Of a stretch of DNA of 64,000 nt, positions 19,377 to 28,734 are shown in pieces (within the stretch, counting starts at the first letter, position 1; each line of letters opens with the position of its first letter). The DNA is from a virus (lineage: Duplodnaviria > Heunggongvirae > Uroviricota > Caudoviricetes): positions 60,236 to 124,235 of the IMG/VR virus record IMGVR_UViG_3300045007_000064, one strand, 5' to 3'. Under the pieces are notes generated by a model, which did not search any database, was not told the origin of the DNA, and saw only the letters and a list, made by a program, of their open reading frames with translations. The translations under genes and the position numbers were made by a program.

Positions 19377-19544
19377 ATGACAACCACAGAATTCCCCCCG
19401 GGAATCGAGCTGATCCCTGGAGACACCCGCACACAGTGTGACGGCGGTCTGGTGATCCGAGGTGAGTACTTCCAGTGCGACTACGCCGAGGATCACAGCG
19501 GGTGGGCGCACTCCAACAAGAAGGCAGAGGCCATCTGGTCATGA
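19377..19544 (+). CDS. small hypothetical protein (55 aa)
   Basis: Under 60 aa so not in the ORF track. AGGAG ribosome-binding site and an ATGA overlap with the next gene. Confidence 0.4.
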   Translation: MTTTEFPPGIELIPGDTRTQCDGGLVIRGEYFQCDYAEDHSGWAHSNKKAEAIWS

Positions 19545-19849
19545 CAAAGTACATGAAGAAGCCCCTCGTCATCGAGGCAGTCCGGTTCGACCCGGAAGGT
19601 CTCGGTTTTGAGGCCGCAGTCGAGGCTCTGGATGAGTTTCTGCCTTCGGGGTATCTGGATGTGACGGACCCCGAGGACTGGGAGGACCCCAACGTCCGAC
19701 AGCTCGCGGTGTTCGATACTCTGCACAATACCTGGGTCACCTTCTATGACGGGGACTGGATCATCAAGGGCATCAAGGGCGAGTACTACCCGCACAACGG
19801 AGAGATTTTCTTCGATGTCTACGAGGAGTACGACGATGGGTCTGTGTGA
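19541..19849 (+). CDS. hypothetical protein
   Basis: Start chosen at MTKYMKK. Confidence 0.5.
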   Translation: MTKYMKKPLVIEAVRFDPEGLGFEAAVEALDEFLPSGYLDVTDPEDWEDPNVRQLAVFDTLHNTWVTFYDGDWIIKGIKGEYYPHNGEIFFDVYEEYDDGSV

Positions 19850-20015
19850 CCATATCCGAGAGGATGCTTTTGAGTGTAATCAGAAGGCCACCTGGGTGTT
19901 CTCGCTAGAAGACGAGCCGAATACCCTCATCCGGTCATGTAGCAATCATATTGCTTCAATGTTGCCTAGAAACCAGGCATCAACCACATACTACCTAGGA
20001 GACAGCAGTGAGTAG
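19836..20015 (+). CDS. small cysteine/histidine-containing hypothetical protein
   Basis: Lower-GC segment; the start overlaps the upstream stop codon. Confidence 0.35.
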   Translation: MGLCDHIREDAFECNQKATWVFSLEDEPNTLIRSCSNHIASMLPRNQASTTYYLGDSSE

Positions 20016-20307
20016 CCGTGGAGCCGACCTCATCGCCGCGGAGCGAGAGCGTCAAATGGACGAAGAGGGGTACAGCACCCGAGATGATGTAGACCGCGTT
20101 CAGGAGCTATTGGCCGCTGCCGGTGCATACATCAACTTCACTGATGCCCTGGACAACTGGGGTGTTCTTCTCACTCAGGATGAGGCCGGATTCCCCTGGC
20201 ACCATTCGTGCTGGAAGCCCTCTGACGATTCCGAACGAAACCTAACCAAGGCGGGCGCACTAATCGCCGCCGCAATCGATGCACTAGAGATGGAAAACGA
20301 GCAGTGA
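20008..20307 (+). CDS. hypothetical protein
   Basis: GTG start after AGGAG. Confidence 0.5.
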   Translation: MSSRGADLIAAERERQMDEEGYSTRDDVDRVQELLAAAGAYINFTDALDNWGVLLTQDEAGFPWHHSCWKPSDDSERNLTKAGALIAAAIDALEMENEQ

Positions 20308-21263
20308 GAGATAACGAGGACCTGGTTCTCCCCGTCAACTGGAACAACGTTGACGAGTTCAATAAGTCGATCTGGGAAACCTTGACGACAAACTTCTGGG
20401 TGCCTGAGCGTGTGAACATGTCAGGAGACCTGGCTTCGTGGCGCAAGCTGTCGGATGCCGAGAAGACGCTCGTTCTGCGCGTGTTCGCGGGTCTGACGCT
20501 GCTGGATACCATCCAGGGCACGGTAGGCGCTGTACGGCTCCTTCAGGACGCTAACAGCCCCTTCGAAGAGGCAGTGCTCGCCAACATTGTCTTCATGGAA
20601 CAGGTGCACGCCAAGTCCTACTCGAACATCTTCTCGACGCTCTCGAACACCGAGGACATCAACGAGGCGTTCGAATGGTCGCACGAGAATGAGTTCCTGC
20701 GCTACAAGCAGAAGCGAATCCTCGAAGCCTATGACGGTGACGACCCGCTGAAGCGCAAGATCGCCAGCGTCATGCTGGAATCCGGTCTGTTCTTCTCCGG
20801 GTTCGGTCTGCCGTTCCATTTGGCGGGACGCGGCAAGCTGCCCAACACTGCCGACATGATCCGTCTGATTCTGCGTGACGAGGCGGTTCACGGCTACGCA
20901 ATCGGATTCTATTTCCAGGAAGAGATGCGCAAGCTCTCTGAGGCGGAGCAGTTCGACTACCAGATGTGGGCTATTGACTTTGCCACCGATCTGTACGAGA
21001 ATGAGGAGAAGTACACGCGCTCGCTGTATGATGAAGCCGGTCTGACCGACATCATCCTGCCGTACGTGCGTTACAACTGGAGCAAGGCTTTCCAAAATTT
21101 GGGGTTCGACCCGATCTTCCCGGACACCCTGCGTGACATCGACCCGGTTCTTGCAGCCAGCATGAGCCAGCAGGAAAACGGAGACTTCTTCTCCGGCACC
21201 ACCACTTACGCCATTGGGAAGACAGAAGACGTGGACGGCGAAATCGAAGACTGGGACTTCTAA
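20304..21263 (+). CDS. nrdF: class Ib ribonucleotide reductase beta subunit
   Basis: Carries the ferritin-like di-iron motifs characteristic of NrdF. Confidence 0.9.
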   Translation: MRDNEDLVLPVNWNNVDEFNKSIWETLTTNFWVPERVNMSGDLASWRKLSDAEKTLVLRVFAGLTLLDTIQGTVGAVRLLQDANSPFEEAVLANIVFMEQVHAKSYSNIFSTLSNTEDINEAFEWSHENEFLRYKQKRILEAYDGDDPLKRKIASVMLESGLFFSGFGLPFHLAGRGKLPNTADMIRLILRDEAVHGYAIGFYFQEEMRKLSEAEQFDYQMWAIDFATDLYENEEKYTRSLYDEAGLTDIILPYVRYNWSKAFQNLGFDPIFPDTLRDIDPVLAASMSQQENGDFFSGTTTYAIGKTEDVDGEIEDWDF

Positions 21264-21286
21264 CCCTCTTCTGGTAAGGTGCAGCT

Positions 21287-21817
21287 ATGCTATACATGAG
21301 CCTGACTAGAGCAGAGCAGAGAGACCTGATTGACTCACACATTAGATCGAGTGAGCTTCCGTTGGCGGGCTGGGAATCGATGAGAGATGTTCGCAGAGAT
21401 TCGCTGCCCTCGCGTCAGAAGATTATAGATTGCTGGGCAGATACACTTCAGCTAATCGACAGATTCGACAGTAAGTTCGAGATTGAAGAGGGGGCCTGCT
21501 GGGCATGTGGTTTTTACTACGGGGGGAGCGCCTTGGCTAGGTGCCACATACTGTCGTGGCAACAAGGAGGCTCCTGGTCCGAGACTAATCTTCATCTTCT
21601 GTGCGATATGTGCCATAAAATGTCAGAAAATCTCTGGGGCGAAGACTACTGGGTGTGGTTCGCGGGAGGGGCGAAGATTTTTTCTCCGCATCGAAAGTAC
21701 TTTGAAGATCGGGCCAAGGGACTAGATAGGGGCGCAACTCCGACACTAGAGGAGGTCTTACCAGATGAGCCTGATTGCATTCGAGACTTGATTATCGAAG
21801 AAAGAAAGAAGCCATGA
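21287..21817 (+). CDS. HNH homing endonuclease
   Basis: HNH core with the cysteine/histidine pattern CWACG...CH...NLHLLCDMCH; this segment has lower GC than its surroundings. Confidence 0.7.
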   Translation: MLYMSLTRAEQRDLIDSHIRSSELPLAGWESMRDVRRDSLPSRQKIIDCWADTLQLIDRFDSKFEIEEGACWACGFYYGGSALARCHILSWQQGGSWSETNLHLLCDMCHKMSENLWGEDYWVWFAGGAKIFSPHRKYFEDRAKGLDRGATPTLEEVLPDEPDCIRDLIIEERKKP

Positions 21818-21996
21818 TCACACTTAATCTAGTCGGAGGCGGTCCTCTTGACGGACCCCTCCGGGTGGACCACCCCGAGGGCGCTCCAGTCCCGGACATC
21901 ACTTTGACCAACAACGACACTGGCGAGACATGGACATACCTGCCCACAGATGACCCTCAAGTGTTCCGATTCCAGAAAGTAGTGCACGATGCCTAG
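21814..21996 (+). CDS. hypothetical protein
   Basis: ATGA overlap with the upstream stop codon. Confidence 0.4.
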   Translation: MITLNLVGGGPLDGPLRVDHPEGAPVPDITLTNNDTGETWTYLPTDDPQVFRFQKVVHDA

Positions 21997-22258
21997 CGCT
22001 GGACTTGAAGAGGCTCAGGACTGGAAAGAGCGGACCCTGAAGCAGAACCGCAAGCCCGATCTTGTGGAAGCGCTGGAGGGGGAGTACACTGATGTGATGC
22101 TCATCTCGGCTTTCAACGCCTGGTGGGAGGTGTACTCGATGTACGTTCGGTATGCCCCCTCCAACCGGAGAGGGCAGGGAATCTCCGCCGATCACGCAGC
22201 AAGAGCGGGTCTGGCGGCTGACCACTTTGCGGTCATGATCCTGAGGAACTGGAAGTAG
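21989..22258 (+). CDS. hypothetical protein
   Basis: ORF in series with its neighbours. Confidence 0.45.
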   Translation: MPSAGLEEAQDWKERTLKQNRKPDLVEALEGEYTDVMLISAFNAWWEVYSMYVRYAPSNRRGQGISADHAARAGLAADHFAVMILRNWK

Positions 22259-22539
22259 TGGAAGACAACAATGCCCAGATGATCAAGTACATTGATCACA
22301 TTGCTCACTCGCTGCGCATTCAGGCTGCCGCTATGCTCACGGTCGAAGGCGATCCCAACTGGGATATGCACGACCAGTACGTCTACATGGCGGAGACAAT
22401 CGAAGACAGCGCCGACTACTTCCGGCGAAATGACCCGGAGCTTCCGGAAGCCCGTAAGTACCCCGACCCGGGGTACTACTACCCCAATGGCCAACTGGTT
22501 CTGGACCGGCTGGCAGAAAGACGGAAGACCAATGGCTGA
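22258..22539 (+). CDS. hypothetical protein
   Basis: ORF in series with its neighbours. Confidence 0.45.
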   Translation: MEDNNAQMIKYIDHIAHSLRIQAAAMLTVEGDPNWDMHDQYVYMAETIEDSADYFRRNDPELPEARKYPDPGYYYPNGQLVLDRLAERRKTNG

Positions 22540-22735
22540 AATCAGCAAGGGACGCGCCTCTCTGGACCTGGAGCGCGCACGAGAGAATCTGGCCCGAGTG
22601 CAGGACCTTCCCTCTTCCTCTCGCGTGAGGCGCGAGGCGGAGCTAGCCTACGCAGAGGCTCGTATGCAGGCAGCCCCGGTTGCCGCTCCCCTGGAGGAGC
22701 AGACCGACTTCGGCGGGTGGGAAGACCACTGATGA
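22532..22735 (+). CDS. hypothetical protein
   Basis: Only the well-biased tail of ORF 22292..22732 is kept; it starts at an ATG that overlaps the upstream stop. Confidence 0.4.
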
Positions 22736-22986
22736 CGTACAACGTCTATCCGGTGTTCGTCGGCGCGGACTGGAACCAGTTCAGCGGCGGAACCGCGTGG
22801 GTGAATGTCCCTCTGGAGCCGTATTCCGATCCCCGATTCCCCTTTGATGTCAAGGTGGGAGAGCGCTGCATCATTATAGAGAACGAAGAGATGCTGGGGG
22901 CGTTCGGTACGGTCGAAGAGATTCACCCGAAGACCGACGACAACGGCACCCCCAAATACGTAAAGGTTCGACTCGATGACCGCTGA
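22732..22986 (+). CDS. hypothetical protein
   Basis: ATGA overlap with the upstream stop codon. Confidence 0.45.
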   Translation: MTYNVYPVFVGADWNQFSGGTAWVNVPLEPYSDPRFPFDVKVGERCIIIENEEMLGAFGTVEEIHPKTDDNGTPKYVKVRLDDR

Positions 22987-23389
22987 GACCGTATTCGGCC
23001 TGATCCTCGCGCACTTTGTCGGTGACTACATCCTCCAGTCCGGGTGGATGGCTAACGAAAAGACCAAGCGTTGGCTGCCTGCCATCGCTCACGGTCTAGC
23101 GTACACTTTGCCCTTCATCTTCGTGACCCAGAACCCGTGGGCGCTGTTGATCATCGGCGGAACCCATATCGTGATCGACCGCTACCGGCTAGCGAAGTAC
23201 GTCACGTTCGCTAAGGAGTTCATCGCTCCAAAGCGTACGTGGCCAACATGGAACGACGCCAAGGACAACGCAGGACTCCCTAGCACGGTGCCGCCGTGGC
23301 TGAGCTTCTGGCTCATGTTCATCGCAGACAACACGATCCATGTAGCGATCAACTTCGGAGCTGTTGCGCTTTTCGGGACAACGTGGTAG
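22976..23389 (+). CDS. DUF3307-like membrane protein
   Basis: Motif HFVGDYILQ and several predicted transmembrane segments. Confidence 0.5.
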   Translation: MTAETVFGLILAHFVGDYILQSGWMANEKTKRWLPAIAHGLAYTLPFIFVTQNPWALLIIGGTHIVIDRYRLAKYVTFAKEFIAPKRTWPTWNDAKDNAGLPSTVPPWLSFWLMFIADNTIHVAINFGAVALFGTTW

Positions 23390-23398
23390 CGTGTAGGT

Positions 23399-23806
23399 AT
23401 GACAAACCACACAGACGCACTCAATCGGATCATCGCCCTCTCCAACCTCGCCCACGAGCAGTCCCTGCTCGTTCGTGAGCCGTCCCTGGTGAGCACGATC
23501 CACGCGCTGACGCTCGACATGGTGACCAGTGTCGCAGCCGAAGCTCTCTCTTCCGGTTCCAAGGAGGAGGCTTCCGAGCCGACCGCCGAAGCGCCGAAGA
23601 GCGATGCTGACGAGAAGTCCGATGACCTCATCGAAGGCCTCATCGCGGACCTGCTCGGCGGGAACCTGTCCTCGATCAAGAACATCAACCTCAACCTCCC
23701 CGGAGGCGGCGGCTTCATCGGCGGCATCCTCCCCGATGACACTCCCATCGCGGACCTCCTGAGCAAGGGGTACGACTTCCTCAACAAGCGCAACCCCAAG
23801 GCGTAA
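23399..23806 (+). CDS. hypothetical protein
   Basis: ORF. Confidence 0.5.
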   Translation: MTNHTDALNRIIALSNLAHEQSLLVREPSLVSTIHALTLDMVTSVAAEALSSGSKEEASEPTAEAPKSDADEKSDDLIEGLIADLLGGNLSSIKNINLNLPGGGGFIGGILPDDTPIADLLSKGYDFLNKRNPKA

Positions 23807-23821
23807 GCCCTCAAGGCGCGC

Positions 23822-23865
23822 GTCCACCACTCGGTGGGCGCGCGTCTTTCGTTATTTGGGACTTG
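23822..23865 (+). terminator. rho-independent terminator
   Basis: GC-rich hairpin GCGCGCGTCCACC...GGTGGGCGCGCG followed by a T-rich tract. Confidence 0.55.
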
Positions 23866-23897
23866 ATTCCTCTCCCTGAAAGTGTTATCCTTTTACT

Positions 23898-24131
23898 ATG
23901 ACACCTACACCTGAACTTACGATCTACATCAAGATGGGCGCTATCGGTCTCACCGAGGAGCGCCAGGAGACCTTCACGATCACCTGGGACCCGAACCTTT
24001 CCGACGAGCAGAACCAGCAGATCATGCTTCTGCGTGCACAGGTCATGCAGTCTCGCCTCCAGGCAAACATGCTGGAGATTCTGGCGGCTGCTGGCCCTGA
24101 ATTCCTGAAGGCAATGGGCACCGAGGAATGA
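23898..24131 (+). CDS. hypothetical protein
   Basis: ORF. Confidence 0.45.
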   Translation: MTPTPELTIYIKMGAIGLTEERQETFTITWDPNLSDEQNQQIMLLRAQVMQSRLQANMLEILAAAGPEFLKAMGTEE

Positions 24132-24132
24132 C

Positions 24133-24576
24133 ATGAAGCGGTGGACAAAGCGATCCCGCCTCGACGCAATCAGTCTCGTGATTCTGGTTGTGGGAGCTGT
24201 GCTGTTCGTTTTGTCCGCTGGCTTCTTCCTTGCGTCCGTCCTCATGATTGAACTCAATGACGGAATCGTACCACGATTCACCCTCGGTGAAATTGCCACT
24301 TTCCTCGGCCTCTGTGGTATGGTTATCGTCCCGCTCTTCATTCCGGCTACGATTTTGGCGGGAGTTCGAGAACGCCGAAAGCAGACTGGAAACGAAATTG
24401 ACGATCAAGCTCAGCAGCGAGCAGCAGGCCGTCGTGGACCTGATGGAGAAGACCAACGAACCGATCTTCATCACGGGACGAGCCGGTACCGGCAAGACGG
24501 CTGTGCTGAGAGCATTCGCCAAGACTACGAAGAAGAAGCACGTGGTCGCGGCATCCACGGGCATCGCCGCGCTTAA
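24133..24576 (+). CDS. membrane protein (3' end uncertain)
   Basis: N-terminal transmembrane segments are credible. After about 24360 the frame turns arginine-rich while the overlapping helicase frame gains GC3 bias. Confidence 0.35.
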   Translation: MKRWTKRSRLDAISLVILVVGAVLFVLSAGFFLASVLMIELNDGIVPRFTLGEIATFLGLCGMVIVPLFIPATILAGVRERRKQTGNEIDDQAQQRAAGRRGPDGEDQRTDLHHGTSRYRQDGCAESIRQDYEEEARGRGIHGHRRA

Positions 24577-25660
24577 CGCGGGAGGACAGACCCTCCACCG
24601 CCTCGTAGGCGTAGGCACAGCGCTACCCGCAGACCTCGGCGTGGACCTACACAAGGTCAAGGCTAAGCGCCATTGGCTCAAGAACATTCGGACCATCATT
24701 ATCGATGAGGTCTCGATGGTCTCCGCAGACCTCATGGATTCTATGGACCGCAACCTGCGATTCATCACCGACATTCACGACCAGCCGTTCGGCGGTATCC
24801 AGATCATCATGTTCGGGGACCCCTATCAGCTTCCGCCTGTGGTGACCAAGGAAGACGCCCGCTGGTATGCGGCACACAAGTACGCCTCGCCGTGGTTCTT
24901 TGATGCCAAGGTCTTCCATCGGAACCCGTTTCTGACGGTAGAACTCCAGACGATCTTCCGCCAGGAGGACGACACCTACAAGGACCTCCTGAACGGCGTG
25001 CGAGACGCTTCCCTGGACCGCGAAGGGCTGCTCATGCTCAACGCCCTAGGCGCTCGCGAGGGACGTACAGAGCAGGCGCTTCTTCTCGGCTCGACCAACA
25101 AGATCGTGCTGGACAGAAACCGCACGCGCCTCGCTAAGCTCCCCGGACGCACCCATGTGTACACGGCCCGGGTCAACACCGGATTTGGGCGTGGAGAGCC
25201 TGCCGAGCGCCGTCTGGAGCTGAAGATCGGCGCGCACATCATGATGCTCAATAACGACGACCAGGACCGCTGGGTAAACGGTTCTCGCGGAGAGATTGAG
25301 TACTGCGGTCCGGAGGATATTCAGGTCCGTATCTGGGACACCGATGAGGTCCACACAATCGAGCGCCACGCCTGGGTACCGGACGGCACGCCGCCCAACG
25401 CCTACCAGGCCGCGCCGAAGTACTGGCAGCTCCCGGTGAAGCTCGCGTGGGCCGTCTCGATCCACAAGAGCCAGGGACTTTCCCTCCCGGAAATCGAAAT
25501 CGACATGGGTCAGTTTGGCGCATTCGAGGGCGGTATGACATATGTCGCCCTGAGTCGCGCTACGGACCCGTGGGGTGTATACTTCAACCAGCCACTCCAG
25601 ATGGATGACATCATGGTCAACCCTCACGTGGCTAAATTCTTCGACAGACTAAGGGGGTGA
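24398..25660 (+). CDS. PIF1/RecD-like superfamily 1 DNA helicase
   Basis: Walker A GRAGTGKT, Walker B IIIDEVSM, QIIMFGDPYQLPPV, and a C-terminal VSIHKSQGLS...YVALSRA segment. TTG start chosen to keep the conserved LSSEQQAVVDL N-terminus. Confidence 0.75.
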   Translation: MTIKLSSEQQAVVDLMEKTNEPIFITGRAGTGKTAVLRAFAKTTKKKHVVAASTGIAALNAGGQTLHRLVGVGTALPADLGVDLHKVKAKRHWLKNIRTIIIDEVSMVSADLMDSMDRNLRFITDIHDQPFGGIQIIMFGDPYQLPPVVTKEDARWYAAHKYASPWFFDAKVFHRNPFLTVELQTIFRQEDDTYKDLLNGVRDASLDREGLLMLNALGAREGRTEQALLLGSTNKIVLDRNRTRLAKLPGRTHVYTARVNTGFGRGEPAERRLELKIGAHIMMLNNDDQDRWVNGSRGEIEYCGPEDIQVRIWDTDEVHTIERHAWVPDGTPPNAYQAAPKYWQLPVKLAWAVSIHKSQGLSLPEIEIDMGQFGAFEGGMTYVALSRATDPWGVYFNQPLQMDDIMVNPHVAKFFDRLRG

Positions 25661-25664
25661 CATA

Positions 25665-25838
25665 ATGGCATCAGAAAAGAACCAGTCGATTCGTCTAAAC
25701 GCGCTGGACATCGCTCGTGACACCCTGAAGCGGGGCGTAACTACCCGCGAAGGGGTAACCCTCGTTGACGCGGGAGAGTACACCACGGAAGACCTGATCG
25801 CGGAAGCTAAGAAGATCGAGGCGTACCTCAACGAATAA
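25665..25838 (+). CDS. small hypothetical protein (57 aa)
   Basis: Under 60 aa. Ribosome-binding site AAGGGGG; its C-terminus is paralogous to that of the next ORF. Confidence 0.4.
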   Translation: MASEKNQSIRLNALDIARDTLKRGVTTREGVTLVDAGEYTTEDLIAEAKKIEAYLNE

Positions 25839-25868
25839 CCCATCCAAACAAGAAGAGAAATACCTATA

Positions 25869-26066
25869 ATGACAGACAACAACGACAACGACCTCGCATT
25901 CACCGACGCGGTGGACCCGTATCAGGCTCGCAACGGACGCCGCGAGGCGCTTCAGTTCGCGCTTCCTCTCATCGAGCGAGGCATCGACACCGCGGAGACT
26001 CTGATCAAGTACGCCGACCAGATCGACGCATACCTCGAAGACGGCTCGCTGCCCGAGTCCGAGTAA
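25869..26066 (+). CDS. small hypothetical protein
   Basis: C-terminal pattern I..A..IDAYLEDG, shared with the preceding small ORF. Confidence 0.45.
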   Translation: MTDNNDNDLAFTDAVDPYQARNGRREALQFALPLIERGIDTAETLIKYADQIDAYLEDGSLPESE

Positions 26067-26230
26067 GCTATAATGGGAGAGTAACTACAACTCTCGGCCT
26101 GCGGGCCAGATTACGGAGGCCAAATGCCTAGACTAAAGTTCATCCGTTCGAGCAGCACTGCTGCGTTCTGGTACGAAATTCCGCAGGCGACCACCGCCAT
26201 GATTTAGGGGGTGGTCCCAAATCTCTGAGA

Positions 26231-26275
26231 AAGCCTCAGTCCTTCGGGACCGAGGCTTTCTTGGTTTCTAGGCGG
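26231..26275. terminator. bidirectional terminator between convergent blocks
   Basis: Perfect hairpin AAAGCCTC-A-GTCC-TTCG-GGAC-C-GAGGCTTT with A-runs and T-runs on both sides. Confidence 0.6.
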
Positions 26276-26338
26276 TAGATGTATTGGACACGGGCAATAA
26301 AGAGGCGTGGGATAACGTCCCGGACAAATGCGTAGGCC

Positions 26339-26485
26339 GCAACTCCGCTAGCCAGCAGTATCAGCGTCTTCATGACAGGTACACACGCATCCTCGCGAGT
26401 AGTCTTGCTTCAGGTAGAAATCGGTGCAGATTTCGTGCTGACCGGTAATGCACCAACCGGTCGGAAGTCGGTCTCCCTTGGTCAT
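26339..26485 (-). CDS. small cysteine-rich hypothetical protein (48 aa)
   Basis: ATGA coupling to the upstream gene; cysteine pattern C..C..CxCxC. A membrane-peptide ORF at 26237..26373 in another frame is an alternative. Confidence 0.3.
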
Positions 26486-26805
26486 GCTGCGTCCAGTACC
26501 CAGAGAGATGCCCAGATTGTGGCGGCTTCCACGGCCTCAGCTACGCTGCTCAGGTCTTCTCGGGGAATCTGCACCATGCGCTCGACACCGTTATCCCCGA
26601 ATACGACGAAGCGGACCCCAGCAGGCCCTCTCACGGTCGGATTGTGGTCGGGTCGGGCGAAGGTCCGCTCAAAGGGAAAGAGGCCGGGAAACAGGCTCGT
26701 GAGCGTGCTGAGAGCTGTCAGAGCGTTATCGGCTTCGTCATCGGAAAGTTCATCAATCAATACCGAACGCATGTACTGGTCGGTCGCATGAGGCGTGTAA
26801 TTCAT
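26482..26805 (-). CDS. hypothetical protein
   Basis: A TAGAAT -10 box sits 7 nt before the ATG, so the transcript is probably leaderless. Confidence 0.5.
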   Translation of the reverse strand: MNYTPHATDQYMRSVLIDELSDDEADNALTALSTLTSLFPGLFPFERTFARPDHNPTVRGPAGVRFVVFGDNGVERMVQIPREDLSSVAEAVEAATIWASLWVLDAA

Positions 26806-26837
26806 GATTACATTCTACCTCAGTTATAGAGAAAACA

Positions 26838-26872
26838 AAAGCGCCCCTCTTCGAAAAGAGGGGCGCTTCTGC
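26838..26872 (-). terminator. rho-independent terminator of rsr
   Basis: 12-bp stem AGCGCCCCTCTT / AAGAGGGGCGCT with a CGAA loop, then a T-tract on the minus strand. Confidence 0.65.
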
Positions 26873-26877
26873 TTAAG

Positions 26878-28581
26878 TCAGAACTCGCCGCGAGCGAAGG
26901 CCGACACGAGGGCCGGAGCCGCCGAGTCGAATCCTGCGATGTCCAGGCTGTTCTTGTCGTTCGGGTCGATCAGCGTGTTCGGTGTCGCCTCCGTGGAGAG
27001 GAAGATCACCTTGGCGTCGATTCCCGTCTCCCGTCGATACTTCTCCAGGGCCTCGAAGGGCTGGATGTCTCCGGCCCAGGTCTCGTTGTCCGTGAGGATA
27101 AGGAAGACCTCGGGGCGCAGACCCTTCTCCAGGGCGTACATGATCGGCACGGCGATGTCAGTACCGCCCATCGGCAGACGGCGAACGTCGTTGATCACGT
27201 CATCGAGACGCCGGTTGGGCGAAACGATGCGGTCGAGGTCCGTGACCGCCTGGCTGTAGTGATCCTTCTCCTTGGCCTCGGGGACCTGGTTCCGACGACC
27301 GTAGCCGTAGCGGTACCCGCCGCGTCCGCCAGCGTAGCTGGTGAAGCCGACGATGTGAGTCTCCGGCTCGGTTGCAGCCGTCACGAGGGCGATTGCAGCC
27401 GTGGCCTCACGGGGAGTCAGTACAGGGCGATCCTTGCCGTAGCCGTAGCCGTAGAAGCCGTCCATGGAACCGGACACGTCCAGGCCGATCAGGTACTTCT
27501 TGCCCGCGGGCACAACGTTCTTGAACGCCAGGTAGAAGGCCTTGTCCAGGGCGTCGATGACCTCGCGGCTCGGCGTCCAGACGGTGGAACCCTTCTGGGA
27601 CTTGCCCGCCGCGTAGGTCTTCAGCGCGGTCAGCACGGCGATGGGGTGGATACGAGCGCGCTCGATTTCCTCCTTGCTCGTGAGACGCTTGACGACCTCG
27701 CCCAGACGAGAGCCATCCTTCAGCTTCTCGAAGAAGCCGAGGTTGGTCAGTCGCGGGAGCTGGCGCAGCAGCGCACCGAGCGGCAGGTTGCCGTCCAGAA
27801 GCGCGTCCCACGTCTCACGCTTGTTCAGCGCCTCGGTGGGCAGCATCTCCCAGGTCAGGCCGTACTCACGAATGAGTGCCGGAACATCGGCATCGGCAGC
27901 CTGCGCAAGCAGGAAGCCCTTGACCAGCTCCGGAGCCTTGGAGGCGTCATCGTGCAGGAACCACTCACCCAGGCCCTGCCACGCGGCATCCTGAGTCTTC
28001 GGGTGGGTCGTGCGGAAGATGTCACGGTGCGTCCAGCCCTCACGCTGACGGTACTTGACGATCTGGTAGGCAGCCTTGTCGGCGTCCTTACCCACGTACC
28101 AGTCTCCGACAGCGGTCTTCAGAGCGCGGCCCCAGCCACGGAACTGAAGCGCGAAGTTGACGAACTGAATCAGCGTGGTGCCCGTACGAGCAACCGCGTT
28201 CAGCTTGGACAGCGCGTACCGGCGTGCCTCAACCGATCCTGTGGACGCGGCGATGGCAAGCGCGAACAGTCCGGCGTCCTGCTTGGGAGCGCGACCCTGG
28301 GTCGAGTACTCCACGATGAGGTCCACGAGCTGGCGTGAACCCTCGTCGGTGGAGGCAACGCGCTGGACAGCCTGCGCGTTCTCCAGAGCGAGCTTGGCAC
28401 CGGGCGTGTAGAAGTTGCTCTCAGCGCCGAGGATCAGGAACCGCTTGACGCGCTCGATGTCCTCCAGCTTGAAGGTGTACCCTCCGGCAGCGTTCTTGAT
28501 CTGCTCCGGGCGTGCCTTCTGGCTCTGCGGGGTTGCCGTCATGCCCTTGCGGGTGACAACCGTCTTCAGGGATGATCCCAT
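26878..28581 (-). CDS. rsr: Ro60-related protein Rsr (TROVE domain plus vWA/MIDAS domain)
   Basis: The TROVE-like N-terminal region and the C-terminal vWA MIDAS motif GLDVSGSM match the layout of bacterial Rsr. Start taken at MGSSLKTVV. Confidence 0.75.
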   Translation of the reverse strand: MGSSLKTVVTRKGMTATPQSQKARPEQIKNAAGGYTFKLEDIERVKRFLILGAESNFYTPGAKLALENAQAVQRVASTDEGSRQLVDLIVEYSTQGRAPKQDAGLFALAIAASTGSVEARRYALSKLNAVARTGTTLIQFVNFALQFRGWGRALKTAVGDWYVGKDADKAAYQIVKYRQREGWTHRDIFRTTHPKTQDAAWQGLGEWFLHDDASKAPELVKGFLLAQAADADVPALIREYGLTWEMLPTEALNKRETWDALLDGNLPLGALLRQLPRLTNLGFFEKLKDGSRLGEVVKRLTSKEEIERARIHPIAVLTALKTYAAGKSQKGSTVWTPSREVIDALDKAFYLAFKNVVPAGKKYLIGLDVSGSMDGFYGYGYGKDRPVLTPREATAAIALVTAATEPETHIVGFTSYAGGRGGYRYGYGRRNQVPEAKEKDHYSQAVTDLDRIVSPNRRLDDVINDVRRLPMGGTDIAVPIMYALEKGLRPEVFLILTDNETWAGDIQPFEALEKYRRETGIDAKVIFLSTEATPNTLIDPNDKNSLDIAGFDSAAPALVSAFARGEF

Positions 28582-28614
28582 GATGTATGTCCTTTCTTCG
28601 GCTCGTCCATAGAC

Positions 28615-28650
28615 GAACATTGCCCCTAACCTATCACGAAGGCAGGGGCA
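28615..28650 (-). promoter_or_regulatory. proximal promoter of rsr
   Basis: Minus-strand TTGACA, a 17-nt spacer, then TAGGTT. The leader continues AAUGUUCG...GAGCCGAAG...AAAGGAC before the ATG. Confidence 0.5.
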
Positions 28651-28734
28651 TGTCAAGTGTTAAAGCTGAACATGTTGTTGCGCATGGGGTTCGTTCAAAG
28701 AGATAACCCATACACTTCGGCTCGGCTTCGTGAT

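Noticed and set aside
22292-22531. 5' part of ORF 22292..22732
   Set aside because: Arg/Ser/Thr-rich shadow of the gene 22258..22539. Only the 3' portion from 22532 shows coding bias.
24248-24397. Upstream ATG start for the helicase (470-aa ORF)
   Set aside because: This stretch has poorer GC3 bias than the overlapping membrane-protein frame. The conserved helicase N-terminus begins at about 24398.
26372-26791. 139-aa plus-strand ORF
   Set aside because: Ser/Arg-rich shadow frame of the minus-strand gene 26482..26805 and of the region by the convergent terminator.
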